From NCBI RefSeq assembly GCF_009914755.1, contig NC_060927.1: a stretch of 64,000 nt of DNA, one strand, 5' to 3'. Origin of the DNA: the human T2T-CHM13v2.0 reference genome, Homo sapiens. The notes under the pieces are model-generated. The model was not told where the DNA came from, did no database searches, and saw only the letters and a program-made list of their open reading frames with translations. The position numbers and the translations under genes are program-made. Shown one piece after another: positions 1 through 12,560 of this stretch; position 1 is the first letter of the stretch; every line of letters begins with the position of its first letter.

Positions 1-917
1 TCCCAACTTTGGCATAAGGACTAATATGAAAATCAAAATATTGTATCTCAGAAATACTTGTGGAAACATTTAATGAAGTTATAATTTTACAAGATTCAGC
101 TTTTTCCTCTTTTGCTTTAACTTGATAACTTTGTCAGAACAGCTCCCAGTGAAAGAACTATGAAACAGCATATTATAGAAAGATAGGAAATCTCAACTTC
201 CTGGTAAGGCAGTCTGATTTTACAACAGATATTATACTTATTTATTTTTAGCAAATGGGTATTTATATAAAGAGACAACTTATATTTTCTCTGCATTTTG
301 AGGGAAGGTTATTAGAATTGTGAACTACAGCTTTGTAGATCTGCTGTCATAATTAACATTAATCTTGAAGCTACACTGAAATTGAAAACAAATTTTAAAA
401 ACCTCTAATTTCTCTACTAAAGCCTGAAGCTTGAACTTTGACAACACTGATGCTTGCACTGTATATAATGTACTTGAGTTTTCTAAGATGATCAAATCTA
501 AAAATATCTCAACATGCTTCATTGCATAAATTATTTTAATTAGTGGCATTTCATAAGCCAAACTGCATTTTTAACATCTATAACTTCAAAGTAGCTTTAT
601 GCTTCCCTACGTGACCTTTTGTGAGTCTACCTATAAAAGCGATGACTGTGACTGTGAGCCTGTAGGAGGCCAAAGAAAATCTCTTTTAACCATGTAGCAG
701 AGTTAACCCATCAAAGTTTCTAATTCTAAGACCTGCTAGGGATTTATTCCTTTAAAACATTGAACATGGATATTACTGGTAATATAAGAATGTTATCTTG
801 CAATGTGCTCAGAAAACATACATAGATTTCAGTTTAGAATGTGATACATCTCACTGTTTCTCCTACTTTTGGTTATTTTTCCCCTAATATGATTGTATTT
901 AGAAAGTAAAAGAACAT

Positions 918-1043
918 GGCTGGGTGCAATGGCTCATGCCTGTAATCCTAGCACTTGGGGAGTCTGATGTGGGAGGATTGCTTAAGCCCAGTTGTTCAAG
1001 ACCAGCCTGGGCAACATAGTGGGACTCTTAAAAAAAAAAAAAT
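918..1043 (+). mobile_element. FLAM (Alu monomer)
   Basis: Left monomer plus A-tail; TSD agtaaaagaaca at 905-916 and 1044-1055. Confidence 0.85.
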
Positions 1044-1157
1044 AGTAAAAGAACACAATCAAAATACAAGCACACTATATAAAAGCAATGGAAACATTCT
1101 AAAAACCTCCTAAAAATGCAAAATATTTGTGGAAATAAGGATCTAAGAAAAACTTCA

Positions 1158-1304
<147 letters not shown>

Positions 1305-1539
1305 TCAAAAATACTTCATGGCTTATCTCAGAACACCTTTGACAACTAGTGTCTTGGCTTTAGCATGACAAAGGACAGGAGTGAGCCTACGTACTAAGTA
1401 TTATTAGTACGTGAGCCTATACAGTAGATTATTCCCAAGGTTTTTGCTAATTTTAAACTTAAAATTTGCCTTATAAATATGTCATTCTTTTATCTCTGTT
1501 CACTACACAATGATATGCATTTGTGTTTGTATACTTAAC

Positions 1540-1759
1540 CATTGTAGCAAGCCCAGTGAAGTGCCGTATATCCATGATTGTCTGCTGTGGCTGGATTTGC
1601 ATCCATAGATGCTGCTGACTGCAAAAGGGCTCCAAGAACACCAATGTGTCCACAGGCAGCAGACAGGTGTATAGGCGTCCGGCCCCTGCTATCCCGAAGT
1701 AAGCACTTAGCACCATGTTGAAGTAATGCATCTACACATTCTTCATGGCCTGTAACTGC
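1540..1759 (-). CDS. ANKRD28: ANKRD28 coding exon (last in window) AVTGHEECVD...HWACYN(G), 220 nt
   Basis: tttcag acceptor, atypical GTTAAGTAT donor; ankyrin repeats. Confidence 0.94.
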
Positions 1760-2315
1760 CTGAAAGAAAATAATTTAAAGGTAGTCAAACATATTATGCT
1801 AAACATTACATGCCAATTTCAGCTAATTAAAAACTTTAAAGACCATACTCTCCATATCCTTCCATCAATTAAAGCCATTTATCATTTTATGAGTAATTCT
1901 GTATTTTTATTGGAAGTGGTTTAAAAATTCAGTTAAAGCAAGAACCCTTCTAAAATGCAAATAGTATGAAAACAGGAAGAGAGAAACTTGGTATTCAATG
2001 AAAATAATGATATTTCAAAGGTGAAAAAAGATTAAAGTGTGTAAGAAAATAAGTGAGATAATGGAAAAAGTCAAATTGACATTAATTCTACTAAAAGTTT
2101 TAGAGTTTTAAAATTTTGTTCTAACATTGTTCTCTAGATTAAGTTGTACTCTGTAATTGTTCAAAATTAGCATTTAAAAACTAAGATACTGAAAGAAATG
2201 GTAAAGACTATTTGACGAACATTTAATGAAGAAAAAATAAACATAACCTAGTTCAGTTCTAGGTAATATGAGGTCATAAAAGCTTTTTGAAAGGAAAGAG
2301 CATATTTCTGCTTAC

Positions 2316-2433
2316 CCCTCTATGCAACGCTGTCCTTCCCCACTTATCTTTGGCATCTACATTTGCTCCTTTGTTCAGCAATGAGTAAACACAGTCTGTG
2401 TGCCCGTTGAGAACAGATAGCATCAGAGGCGTC
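2316..2433 (-). CDS. ANKRD28: ANKRD28 coding exon (Q)[10 protein letters not shown]...TALHRG, 118 nt
   Basis: gctcag acceptor, GTAAGC donor; phase 2-0. Confidence 0.96.
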
Positions 2434-2535
2434 CTGAGCAACAACAGGAATAGGTTCAGTGCTGTCACTTAAGACTGTACTCTGGTTTTCGAAATACGCC
2501 CTTCTGTGATGCAACAATTATTTATCGAAACTTAC

Positions 2536-2623
2536 TGTCCATTTCCATCTTGAATATCCACTGCATTCTGTGGTTCTGCATTTCCTATTAATAGCCGTAA
2601 GCATTCTGAATGACCATTTGTTG
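2536..2623 (-). CDS. ANKRD28: ANKRD28 coding exon (A)TNGHSECLRL...DGNG(Q), 88 nt
   Basis: ttacag acceptor, GTAAGT donor; followed by a 102-nt intron. Confidence 0.95.
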
Positions 2624-3260
2624 CTGTAAAGTGAAATTTAAACATTTCAGTAATTACATATAATGATAAAATAGAAAATGTCCATCTAAAAGCACATCTT
2701 CTAGAATTTACTTTTGGGATAGTTGCACTGAATTTAATATGCAAGAATGAAAACTATAGGTAAAAAGAAGGTTTCTACGGCCTTTGACTGTTAAAGCTGG
2801 AATAAATGTGAATTCCTCACAGTAAAACATGACAGGCAGACCGCCTACCCAGCACCCATGCCCTATCATCTGCCTCTAAAAGAATGCTCATTTTATTTAG
2901 CTCTCTGGCAATGTGGTCAGGAAGAGTGCCTTGACTCCAGCAAAGGGATGATACCATGATTAGACCAAGTCAATCACAAGAACCCCATTCTCCTCTGACA
3001 GTGATCAGTTTTAAGGTGAGCAGCACAGGAACCAGGTCTGACTACTGAGATGCCGATAAGTCTAGAGGCTGCTGGGAAATACTTTTATCTTTAATAATGA
3101 AAAGCCCCCATTCCTTCCTGATTTTAGATGCAATCCTTAAAAGCAGCAGCAATAATCCCACAACATGAATGCAAATGTAAGAGAATAACAGAATTTAATC
3201 CAGAGCTCTGACACCGTTGTAGAATCAACCAACCCTGGAACTGCATCTGCCTGATATTGC

Positions 3261-3556
3261 TTTTTTTTTTTTTTTGAGACAGAATCTCGCTCTGTCGCCC
3301 AGGCTGGAGTGTAGTGGTGTGATCTTGGCTCACTGCAACTTCCGCCTCCTGGGTTCAAGCAATTCTCTGCCTCAGCCTCCCAAGTAGCTGGGATTACAGG
3401 CGCCTGCCACCACACCCGGCGATTTTTTTTGTATTTTTAGGAGAGATGAGGTTTCACCATCTAGGCATGGCTGGTCTTGAACTCCTGACCTCACGATCCA
3501 CCCACCTCGGCCTCCCAAAGTGCTGGGATTACAGGCATGAGCCACCGTGCCCAGCC
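3261..3556 (-). mobile_element. AluS
   Basis: Full dimer with T-tail. Confidence 0.9.
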
Positions 3557-4605
3557 TGCCTTTGGACATTGTATATGAGACACTAAACCCCTTAAGCTAT
3601 TTTCAGTAGGGTACTCTGTTATTTATGGCTGAAATAATTTCAAATGATATATATATATATACATACAGTACAAGAAAAATGATCCATCTAAAGAATGCAT
3701 GTGTTAAGTCCAAATGCATAAAATGGGCAAGGGTACAAGTAGAAGTAGTCCAAAGAAAAGAGCTTTTGAAGTAAGTTAAATCCTCTGCAAAATTCAGGTC
3801 CTGTTAATATATACAAAGTCTGAAGTTTAAAGAAATACATTAGAAAAAAATGTATCTTGCATATGATACAGAAAAGAACGTCTATCACTATTTCTTCTAA
3901 TTAAAAGATGACAAAACTAGCAAAAGCAAGCTAGGTGCTGAATATTCCACAGTATGTTCCCACAGTTATATTAAATACTAATAGTTATTAAACTTGTGGC
4001 TTAAATCACCTCTCCTACCCTAGTCCAATCTGTATGCTGCACTCTGCCAGCAGCTCTCACAGCTTAGCAACAAAAAACAGGGTCGTAACACTTGGGGATG
4101 TTCAAGAAGAACTTGTTTGGCCCATCATTTTTCAAATCAGTTCATTTACACTCAGTTCACAGTCGCTACTGATGAATGTTTGTGTCATCTAAGTTCAATA
4201 CCCAAACAGCAAGCACAGCATCTCTGTGGGAAATGACTGGTAAACCTCCAGGAAAAAAAACCCTCAGTGTTCTTTTCATGGCTTATAGATGCTCTCTATA
4301 GACCTCCAAATTTGAAAGGCATCTATAGATACAAGGCTTGCATTTATTGAATAGATAGGCACTAAGAGTAACCTGTGGTTCTTTTTGTGGGTAGGATTTA
4401 TGCTGAACTATATGGCATTGGTTAACTACTTCTAAGGGACTGGCTAATGTCTCAGTTCAATATTTACCTATTGAGAGTGCAACCACTCCATGCAAGCTTT
4501 AAATTAGTTCTGCATATGATGTGCAATTATAATTTTTCTAGCTATAGATTAATATTTTTAAAATGTACTTATTTTTCACAGATCCCATCCAGTGTACAAA
4601 ATTGA

Positions 4606-4737
4606 TTTTTATTTTATATTTTAGGAACAGGGTTTCATCATGTTGCCTAGAGTGCAATGAAACTGAACTCAAGTGACCCTCTTGCCTCAGCCTCCCAAGT
4701 TAGGTGGGAATACAGGCATGCGCCACCAAGTTTGGCT
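4606..4737 (-). mobile_element. Degenerate Alu monomer (FLAM-like)
   Basis: gcctcagcctcccaag...tacaggcatgcgccacc. Confidence 0.65.
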
Positions 4738-6332
4738 TTGCAAAGTGATATATAACTTCACTCTTTTTCAGAATAAGGTAACAGCAAGTAATGCATTTTA
4801 ACCTCTTGTTCAAACCATATAGTAGTGTATATATGTTTATTAGAGGTTCTAATGTATTATTAAAATATTTTTCTCAGCCCCACTTGAACATCTGATAGCT
4901 TTGAAGGGCGGCTCTGGGAGTAACAGTGGGTGTTATCAATAGTCTTCTAAAATGTAAGCTTCCCAAAGGACTAGAAAAAAAATCCAAGACATATATTCAA
5001 ATGTATTCTTAAGGATCACTCTATAAAAATAGAGAGTTGTGAATCTGCATCTGCCAGTGATACACAGTGGGTAGCAAGTCATTTAACTGACTTGGTTATA
5101 GACCTTCGTATTTTAACGTATCTGCTACATCATAATATCACAATATGGAATAGTTCTTGCATAAAGTGCTCTGTAAAGCCTGTCTGCATAAATGTTTAAT
5201 GCAGTACACTGGTAAAATAAGTCAAAACGTGTATCACTTGTTAAATGAAAGATTATACCAATCCAAAATAACTTCTACCAGAAAGAAATAAATACTGCAT
5301 TGTTTTGTTGATAAAGTGTTTCAGAAGTTAGATTATTACATAAACCCAACTTCTAAGGCAGATAATGTTTTAAGTGATGATAGTCTTGTTGTTGGTATTC
5401 CCTGAGAATACAATCATTTTACCACTTAAAGTCAAAAATTTCCCCAGACAGTTGTAGCTCTTGGTAATCTCCTTGGGTCTGGAAACTTTTGAAGAGCCAA
5501 GCTGACATTTTTCAGCTCTTTGGGCCACTGGGTTTTAGAGGGAGAAGTCCAGAGATAAGTCCAGGCTGTAGCACAACCTTCAAAACAACACAGGCGCCTC
5601 TCTGATCCTGCCCTACCTAAGCTTTGACGGTAGTGGGGCTTCTGTCTGGAGAAATGCCTTCAAAGAGTAACCAGTAGGTGTGACATAGAATTGGCCAATG
5701 TTAGCATCTGCAGCCATCATCAAAAGATGAATCCACTGCCACTGCCCCCTGAGGGGCCCCTAAAATTGCAGAAGGTATCAGCAAGGAGGCTGCCAAGGTT
5801 GTTTTCCAAGAGAGGCCACAGGAGGAAGGGAGCTACTTGGGGGCACTTACATCTTTTGTGCAGAGGAGCTTCTTTTCATGAGAGCAGGACAGTTTTAATG
5901 ACTTCTTAAACACTTGTGTGGGACAGGCTGGAGCATGAGGGAGGTTTTAAGCCAGGCACAAAGTTAGTTTCAAACACTAGTTAATAAATCTATTTTTATT
6001 TCCTTTTTCACACAGAAGCTGGTAGTCTAGGACCTACATGTAAACAACTTTATATGAATATTTTTTGTGCTTGGTTTACTTGGGTTGATATAATACACTG
6101 TATTTAAGTTCCCTGAACACTGGGATACTCCTAATGTTTATGAATGACGGAGGCTTTGTAAATTCATTTGTGTGAATAAAGTTATTTGGTGAGGTCAAAT
6201 AATCCATATATGATTTGAAAAAAAAAAAGGTCAAAATTTTAAAGACAATTAACTGGAAATATTATATATCAGAAATTGAAAAAAAGTATTGGATAGAAGT
6301 TATAAATAAATCAAGCATAATATCTGGCATAC

Positions 6333-6534
6333 CTGCTGCATGAATAGGTGTCCTCTTCAAAATGTAATCTTTTACTAAGATTGAGGCTCCCTGATTAATG
6401 AGTACATCCACACATTCAACATGGCCCTTAAAAGCTGCAAGATCTAGGGGTGTTCTTCCACTACTATTTCTGACATCAAGATCTAACAAAGACTGTACCA
6501 ACACTTCCAGTGCTTGATGGTGACCATGATAGGC
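6333..6534 (-). CDS. ANKRD28: ANKRD28 coding exon AYHGHHQALE...TPIHAA(A), 202 nt
   Basis: ttctag acceptor, GTATGC donor; phase 0-1. Confidence 0.96.
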
Positions 6535-6880
6535 CTAGAAATAAATAAAAATGTAAATTTAAAACATACATATTTAGACTGACTTCCTAAATACTTGAAT
6601 AAATGTAAATAAGCAAACTTGTCTTCATATTATTATCCTACTTGAGATAATCCAAACTTCTACATCGAGAATTCAGGAAGTTAACTACAGATCTTTCTAA
6701 TAATCAACATAGTAGGCTACTGTGTTAGGGAACAGGCATTCTAAAAATAATACAAGTTCAAATGACAGGTCATCTTTTCATGAGTATACAATGCTTGGCT
6801 CACGGCAGACATTCAATGGATGTGTGACACGGATTCATTTAAAGTCTTGATTTCAAGTCTGATTCTAAAAAGCCTGTGTT

Positions 6881-7183
6881 TTTTTTGTTTTGTTTTGAGA
6901 CAGGGTCTTGCTCTGTTGCCCCAGCTGGAGTCCAGTGGCGTGATCATAGCTCACTGCAGCCTTGACCTTCTGGGCTTAAGTGATCCTCCCACCTCAGCCT
7001 CCTGAGTAGCAGGGACCAGAGGTACACGTCACCATGCCCAGCTAATTTTTCTTTTAATTTTTTTAGTGATGAGGGTCTCGCTATGCTATCCGGGCTGGTC
7101 TCAAAATTCCTGGCCTCAAGTCATCCTCCTACCTTGGTCTCTCAAAGTGCTAGGAATACAGGCATGAGCCACTGTGCCCAGCC
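6881..7183 (-). mobile_element. AluJ
   Basis: Dimer; TSD aagcctgtgtt. Confidence 0.9.
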
Positions 7184-7439
7184 AAGCCTGTGTTCTTAAT
7201 CACAGTTCAGTGCTCCACATCAACTGCAAAGACAGCTAGCAACTTGAGTCAGTGCTTGAATATTCGGATTTCTCAAATTAAACTGACCATACCCACCCCA
7301 TAATGTGCCATAGCTAAAAAAGAAGTAATTCTTTTAGCAAAGAAAGGCATAACCGAGCCCTGCTTGAATATCACCACATACCAGGCATTGTCCTAGCTGT
7401 ACAAAAGTAAGACTGAAGATTTGTCAGACTGAAGTTGTC

Positions 7440-7736
7440 TTTTTTTTTTTTTTTTGAGACGGAGTCTCACTCTGTCACCAGGCTGGAGTGCAGTGGCACA
7501 ATCTCAGCTCACTGCAACCTCCGCCTCCCTGGGTTCAAGCGATTCTCCTGTCTCAGTCTCCCGAGTAGCTGGGATTACAGGCGCATGCCACCATGCCCCA
7601 GCTAATTTTTGTATTTTTAGTAGAAACGGGGTTTCACCATGTTGGCCAGGATGGTCTCGATCTCTTGACCTTGTGATCCACCCGCCTCGGCCTCCCAAAG
7701 TGCTGGGATTACAGGCGTGAGCCACTGCGCCCGGCC
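7440..7736 (-). mobile_element. AluSc-like
   Basis: Dimer; gatggtctcgatctcttgacc. Confidence 0.9.
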
Positions 7737-8160
7737 CCGAGTTGCCTTCTTCATACAGTCTAATAAAAGGGCTTTCCAGAAAAGTCTTTTCAAAATCCAA
7801 CATGGCAACTGAACATATATTATTTACACTGGACTAAATGCTGAGCAGGACATAAAGAAATAAATAAACTTCAAAGGACTATAATGCCATTTCTTGTAGA
7901 AAATGTCAGAAAGTAGCAGCAAGAGATAAACTTGCTCTGGGCCTCACTGATCTCTTTATAATGAATCTGTGTAGAAACTTGACTACTTAAGCTTGACTAT
8001 CTCAAAGATTAAAGTGACTGTAGGTCACGGAATTCTACTGTTTTAGGATTACATCTAACTTTGTTCCTCAATACTAGGTCAATGAAAATTATGCTACTGA
8101 AAGAATGAACTCTGAGGAATCATACATTAAATATAAAAGACAATATAAAAAGAAGAGTTT

Positions 8161-8795
8161 AGCCAGTTGTGGTGGCTCACACCTATAATCCCAGCACTTT
8201 GGGGAGGCTGAGGTGGAAGGATCATTTGAACAGGAGTTTGGGGCCAGCCTGAGCAACACAGTGAGATCTCATCTCTGCCAAAAATAAATAAACAAACAAA
8301 TAAATAAGCTGGACCTGGTGGCACATGCCTGTGGTCCCAGCTATGCAGGAGGCTGAGGTGGAAGTATCACTTGAGTCTAGGAGGTACAGGCTGCAGTGAG
8401 CTGGGATTGCACCACTGCAACCCAGCCTGGGTGACAGAATGAGATTGTATCTCTAAATAAAAAAAAAAAAAAAAAAAAAAATGAGGTTGGGCATGGTCAC
8501 TCACACCTATATCTCAGCACTTTGGCAGGCCAACACAGGAGGATTACTTGAGGCCAGGAGTTTGAGACTAGCCTGGGCAACAGTGAGACCTTGTCTCTAA
8601 AAAAAAATAAAGAATTAGTCGGGAATGGTGGTGTGCACCTATAGTCCTAGCTACTCAGAAGGCTGAGGGAGGGAGGCTCACTGGAGCTCAGGAATTCAAG
8701 ACTGCAGTGAGCCGTGATTGTGCCACTACACTCCAGCCTGGATGACAGAGTGAGACAATGAAAAACAACAGCAAAAATAAATAAAAAATAAAAAT
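8161..8795 (+). mobile_element. Two tandem AluJ (8161-8480, 8485-8795)
   Basis: Two head-to-tail dimers with A-tails. Confidence 0.88.
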
Positions 8796-9119
8796 GAAAA
8801 GACAAGAGAAATAAATGGGAGCCATGATGATTTGCCACAGGGCTTTTCCCCCCATGATATCCTTGTATGGGACTGAGAGAAGAAGTCCAAATGTCCAGTA
8901 TGAGTAAAATTAGGAATCAAGGCCAGTCTCCTTAAGCCTCAGATCAGTATGTTTTCACTGTACCAAGTTGTCCCGAATGGGAGAGTTTCGTGTAAGAAAT
9001 TAAAGTAACTTCTGAAAACCTCCTAGAGATAGATATGAAATGCAAAAGTGGTGGTATAATCATATTTCATTAAGCCTAATCACTAAATTATTTCAATTTT
9101 TAGTTTAAAAACACTATTT

Positions 9120-9575
9120 AGTATACCTATGGCATAGCAGCACTTATTCATAATAGCCAAGAGAAGAAAGCAACCCAGCATCTATTGTCAGATGAATGGA
9201 TAAAGAAAAATGTGCTATATACATAACAATAATTATTCAGCTTAAAAATAAGGAAATTCAGCCACATGCTACAACATGGATGAAACCTGCTAGATGAAAT
9301 AAGCCAGTCACACAACACAAAAAAATACTGTTATGATTCCACTTAAATGAGGTGTCTAGATTAGTCAAATTCATAGGAACAGAAGGTAGGCTAGTATTAC
9401 CAGGGACTGGGGAAAGGAGAAACAGGGAGATGTTTAATGGGTACAGAGTTTTAGTTTTAACCTTTACAAGATAAAAAGATTCTGGAGATTGGTTGTACAG
9501 TAATGTAAATATACTTAACACTGCTGAACTGTACAATTAGAAATGGTTAAGAAGGTACGTTTTATGCTATGTTTT
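9120..9575 (+). mobile_element. L1MB-type 3' fragment
   Basis: gatgaatggataaa...catgctacaacatggatgaa...aaatggttaaga. Confidence 0.7.
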
Positions 9576-9642
9576 CTTTTTTCTACCATTACCACCATAT
9601 ACACATACAAAATCTCTGACAAAAAAATAGTAATGGGGGGGC

Positions 9643-9665
9643 AGAGAGAGAGAGAGAGAGAGAGA
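9643..9665. repeat. (AG)n microsatellite
   Basis: Direct read. Confidence 0.9.
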
Positions 9666-9919
9666 CCGACCCACTAATCAATGTATAGCACACTGTTAAC
9701 TTGCAAGCACAAAAAGAGAAACTTGCCAAATTGAAGGGTGGGGAGAATACAAATGAGAATTTCTAAGGAAACAACATCATTAAACTGATAACTAAGTCCT
9801 AAAGACTGCAGGGCTTTTGGGAGTCTTTAATATGCTACTAGTTGAATCTCCACAAGGGGGAAATAGTCTGGCACCTAGAAAGTGCTCAAGAAATGACAGT
9901 GAAATTATTATAATGAGAA

Positions 9920-9950
9920 TGCTGCTGCTGCTGCTGCTGCTAATGCTGCT
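9920..9950. repeat. (CTG)n short trinucleotide repeat
   Basis: About 7 pure units plus an interrupted tail. Confidence 0.85.
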
Positions 9951-11053
9951 CAGTCTTCATTTCTTTTCATCAATAGTAAAATGGCTATTTCTTCCATGCT
10001 GGCTTTGCCTTTTCAGACTTATTTACTATGCATGTCTGGGAGAGGTGATGGTGTTTCCAAGGACTCAAAGGGCAAAGAAGTAGAAAGCTTCAAGAATGCT
10101 TTCTTAGTTATTTAGAACATGATAGGAAGTATCAGTAGGGAGAAATGGCAGAAAATTTAATGTATATATGTCAGTGTTAAAACACCCGCAAGGAGAATAT
10201 TAAGATAAAAAATAATAGTACATATGAAAAGAAACAATCAAATGAATAACTGAACTTGTAGTGTTCCACATTAAATTAAGGATACATCCTTATAAGCATT
10301 TTACTAAAAATCATGGATCTCACAAACACCTGGTGAGAGTACCCTGGTCTCCTGATTCTCAAAGTACCCCCTTCCCTACAACTCTAACATGCTTTGTCTC
10401 AAAAATAAATTCTTTCTGTACAGGAAGCTAGATTAGGATCTACTTGAAATTTAAGGTAATAAATTCTCATTTGACTTAAAAAATTGTCACATTCTTCCCT
10501 AACCTTCTCCATTTAGTGATTGACACTGAAAAAAAAATTTAGAGGAATCTTAAAGTGGAAGGGACATAACAGACAATGTAGCCAAATCCTATAGTGTGAG
10601 CAACTAAAGGACCAGTGAACACACAACAAGTTAGCACCCCAAGATCACAAAGTAAGCAAAAAATTGTAGAAATACCACAGAATGTGTGTGTATACCATCT
10701 GCTTAGCCAACTTATAAGGCATTCCACTAGGGCAGCACATTTTAAAATTCACCATCACAGGCATATTCTCCATATTTTCTCCCTTTCTCTCCCCAGAAGG
10801 CCCTGGGGGAAGCCTAAGGATCACTGTCTGTCTTTTTTTTTTTTTTCTAAAGCAAGAAACAGAAAAAACAAAAACAAAAACCCAGCACATTAAGTAATTC
10901 TCTGAATTAAAGAAAGTTCTCAAAGTTTTAATTCCATGATAACTATTACATGGACCAAAAGTTTATGGTACTAGTTTGAGTCAACACAAATAGGTTATTA
11001 GATATTTTCAGTAAACCAGCAGCCATCAAGTCGGCTATGAAGGCAGTACTCAC

Positions 11054-11128
11054 AGCCAAGTGTAAAGGGCTTATTGTTGCTCTATTATCTGAATCACTCA
11101 GCATGTCTGTTCCTGAGGTTTCCATTAA
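11054..11128 (-). CDS. ANKRD28: ANKRD28 coding exon LMETSGTDML...SPLHLA, 75 nt
   Basis: tttcag acceptor, GTGAGT donor; phase 0-0. Confidence 0.95.
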
Positions 11129-11502
11129 CTGAAAAAGAAGAGGCATTTTAAATGTCAGAAAGACATACTACAGCAATTATTCTCTCCCACCCTCCCAGTT
11201 CAAATCCACCTTAGAGTATTATTTGGCAACTCAGCAAACTTATAAAACATGATTATTATGAAAGTATACTAAGGACCACAGACTAAGAGCTTTGAAGACA
11301 GGCATAAGAGTTTGGGGGAAATGCTACTTAATTGCCACCAAGTAAACATCTTCCTTTCCTCTGTACACATGATTTCTGTCACCGTCTTTGTGCCTAATAT
11401 GTAAAAACACTTTCAGCTCTAATGAGAGCAAACAGATAAACATAACTGGTAGGAGGGAACTGACCAATACTAATTGGTGGGAGGGAATTGACTAATACTT
11501 AC

Positions 11503-11529
11503 AACATCTAGAGGAGTTTCACTTGCAAT
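11503..11529 (-). CDS. ANKRD28: ANKRD28 27-nt microexon IASETPLDV
   Basis: tttcag acceptor, GTAAGT donor; phase 0-0; peptide present in recalled protein. Confidence 0.9.
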
Positions 11530-12448
11530 CTGAAATAAAAGTCAAAACAAAAATATTTAGCTTGGGAAGTATTCATCTATATTAAGTCTCAACTTATATA
11601 GAGCTTTGCTAACTTTTACCCTAAACCCGTGCTTCCTTTGGCTCCAAAAAATTAGGTGTTTTGAATAAACAATTTTATATCACAACAGACGTCAAATCTA
11701 TATACATAGGTCTAAAATTTTGGTGTGAATATCCATAACGTAGGAAAATAGTTATTTTTGTAGCAGGGCTCTAAGTGCTATATTAAATTGTCAACCTCCC
11801 TTTTCTTGTTTTATATCTACGCTCGTTGAATTTTATTTCCCCTTGAAGGGAAGCAAAGTTTAATGTAATTTATAAGGTAAGTCTAAATAAGAGCATCTTT
11901 AACCTAAAGTATCTGTTACACACATGAATATCTTTTCCTTGACTTTCCTTCTGGTTTGGTAAATTTGGGTGAATGGTGGTATTCTATTCCAGAATCAGAC
12001 CACAGCAGAAATAAAAACGTCCTCTGCAGAAGTGGAGTCTCCCTTGTTAGGAGGGGTTGTGAAATAAATGTGCCTTTTGGAATTCCCTAAATATATGGGG
12101 GAGATATTCCTTTCACAGGGACTTTTATTTCTCACAAAAGACACAGTTATAGTTTTTTAGAAACTTATGAGGAATATTAATTTAAAGGGGCAGGAGAAGT
12201 AAATAGTGTAGACATGAACATGGGGTAATCAGTAGCCCTCTTCAGAGATCTAATTTTCTCCTTTTTTAAAAGGAAAAGAGAATGAGATATATCTTACTAA
12301 AGCAAGTGTGAATTTAAGAGGTATATAAATTCTGAAAATGTTAAAAAACAAAATGGAATTTGTTCCTTGATCCATTTATTCTCATTTTTGTTACATTATT
12401 AGACTATAAACTCCCATCAGGTCTTTCACAAGAATTCAGGAATCTTAC

Positions 12449-12560
12449 CAGCTGAAGACATAGACGGTGACCATAAGCAGCTGAATAATGAACTGCATTG
12501 TATCCCTGCTTATCACGGATCCCTGGATTTGCATCGTTTCTTAATAAGTATTCCAGGCAC
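12449..12560 (-). CDS. ANKRD28: ANKRD28 coding exon (K)CLEYLLRND...HRLCLQL, 112 nt
   Basis: tatag acceptor, GTAAGA donor; phase 2-0. Confidence 0.95.

Noticed and set aside
3124-3569. Short ORFs with [16 protein letters not shown]-type peptides here and at other Alus
   Set aside because: Standard translations of Alu sequence.
4284-4328. Imperfect palindrome (tatagatgc…gcatctata)
   Set aside because: Short and AT-rich; could easily arise by chance.
9920-9950. CTG repeat as an expansion locus or poly-Leu ORF
   Set aside because: Only about 7 pure units, intronic and interrupted.
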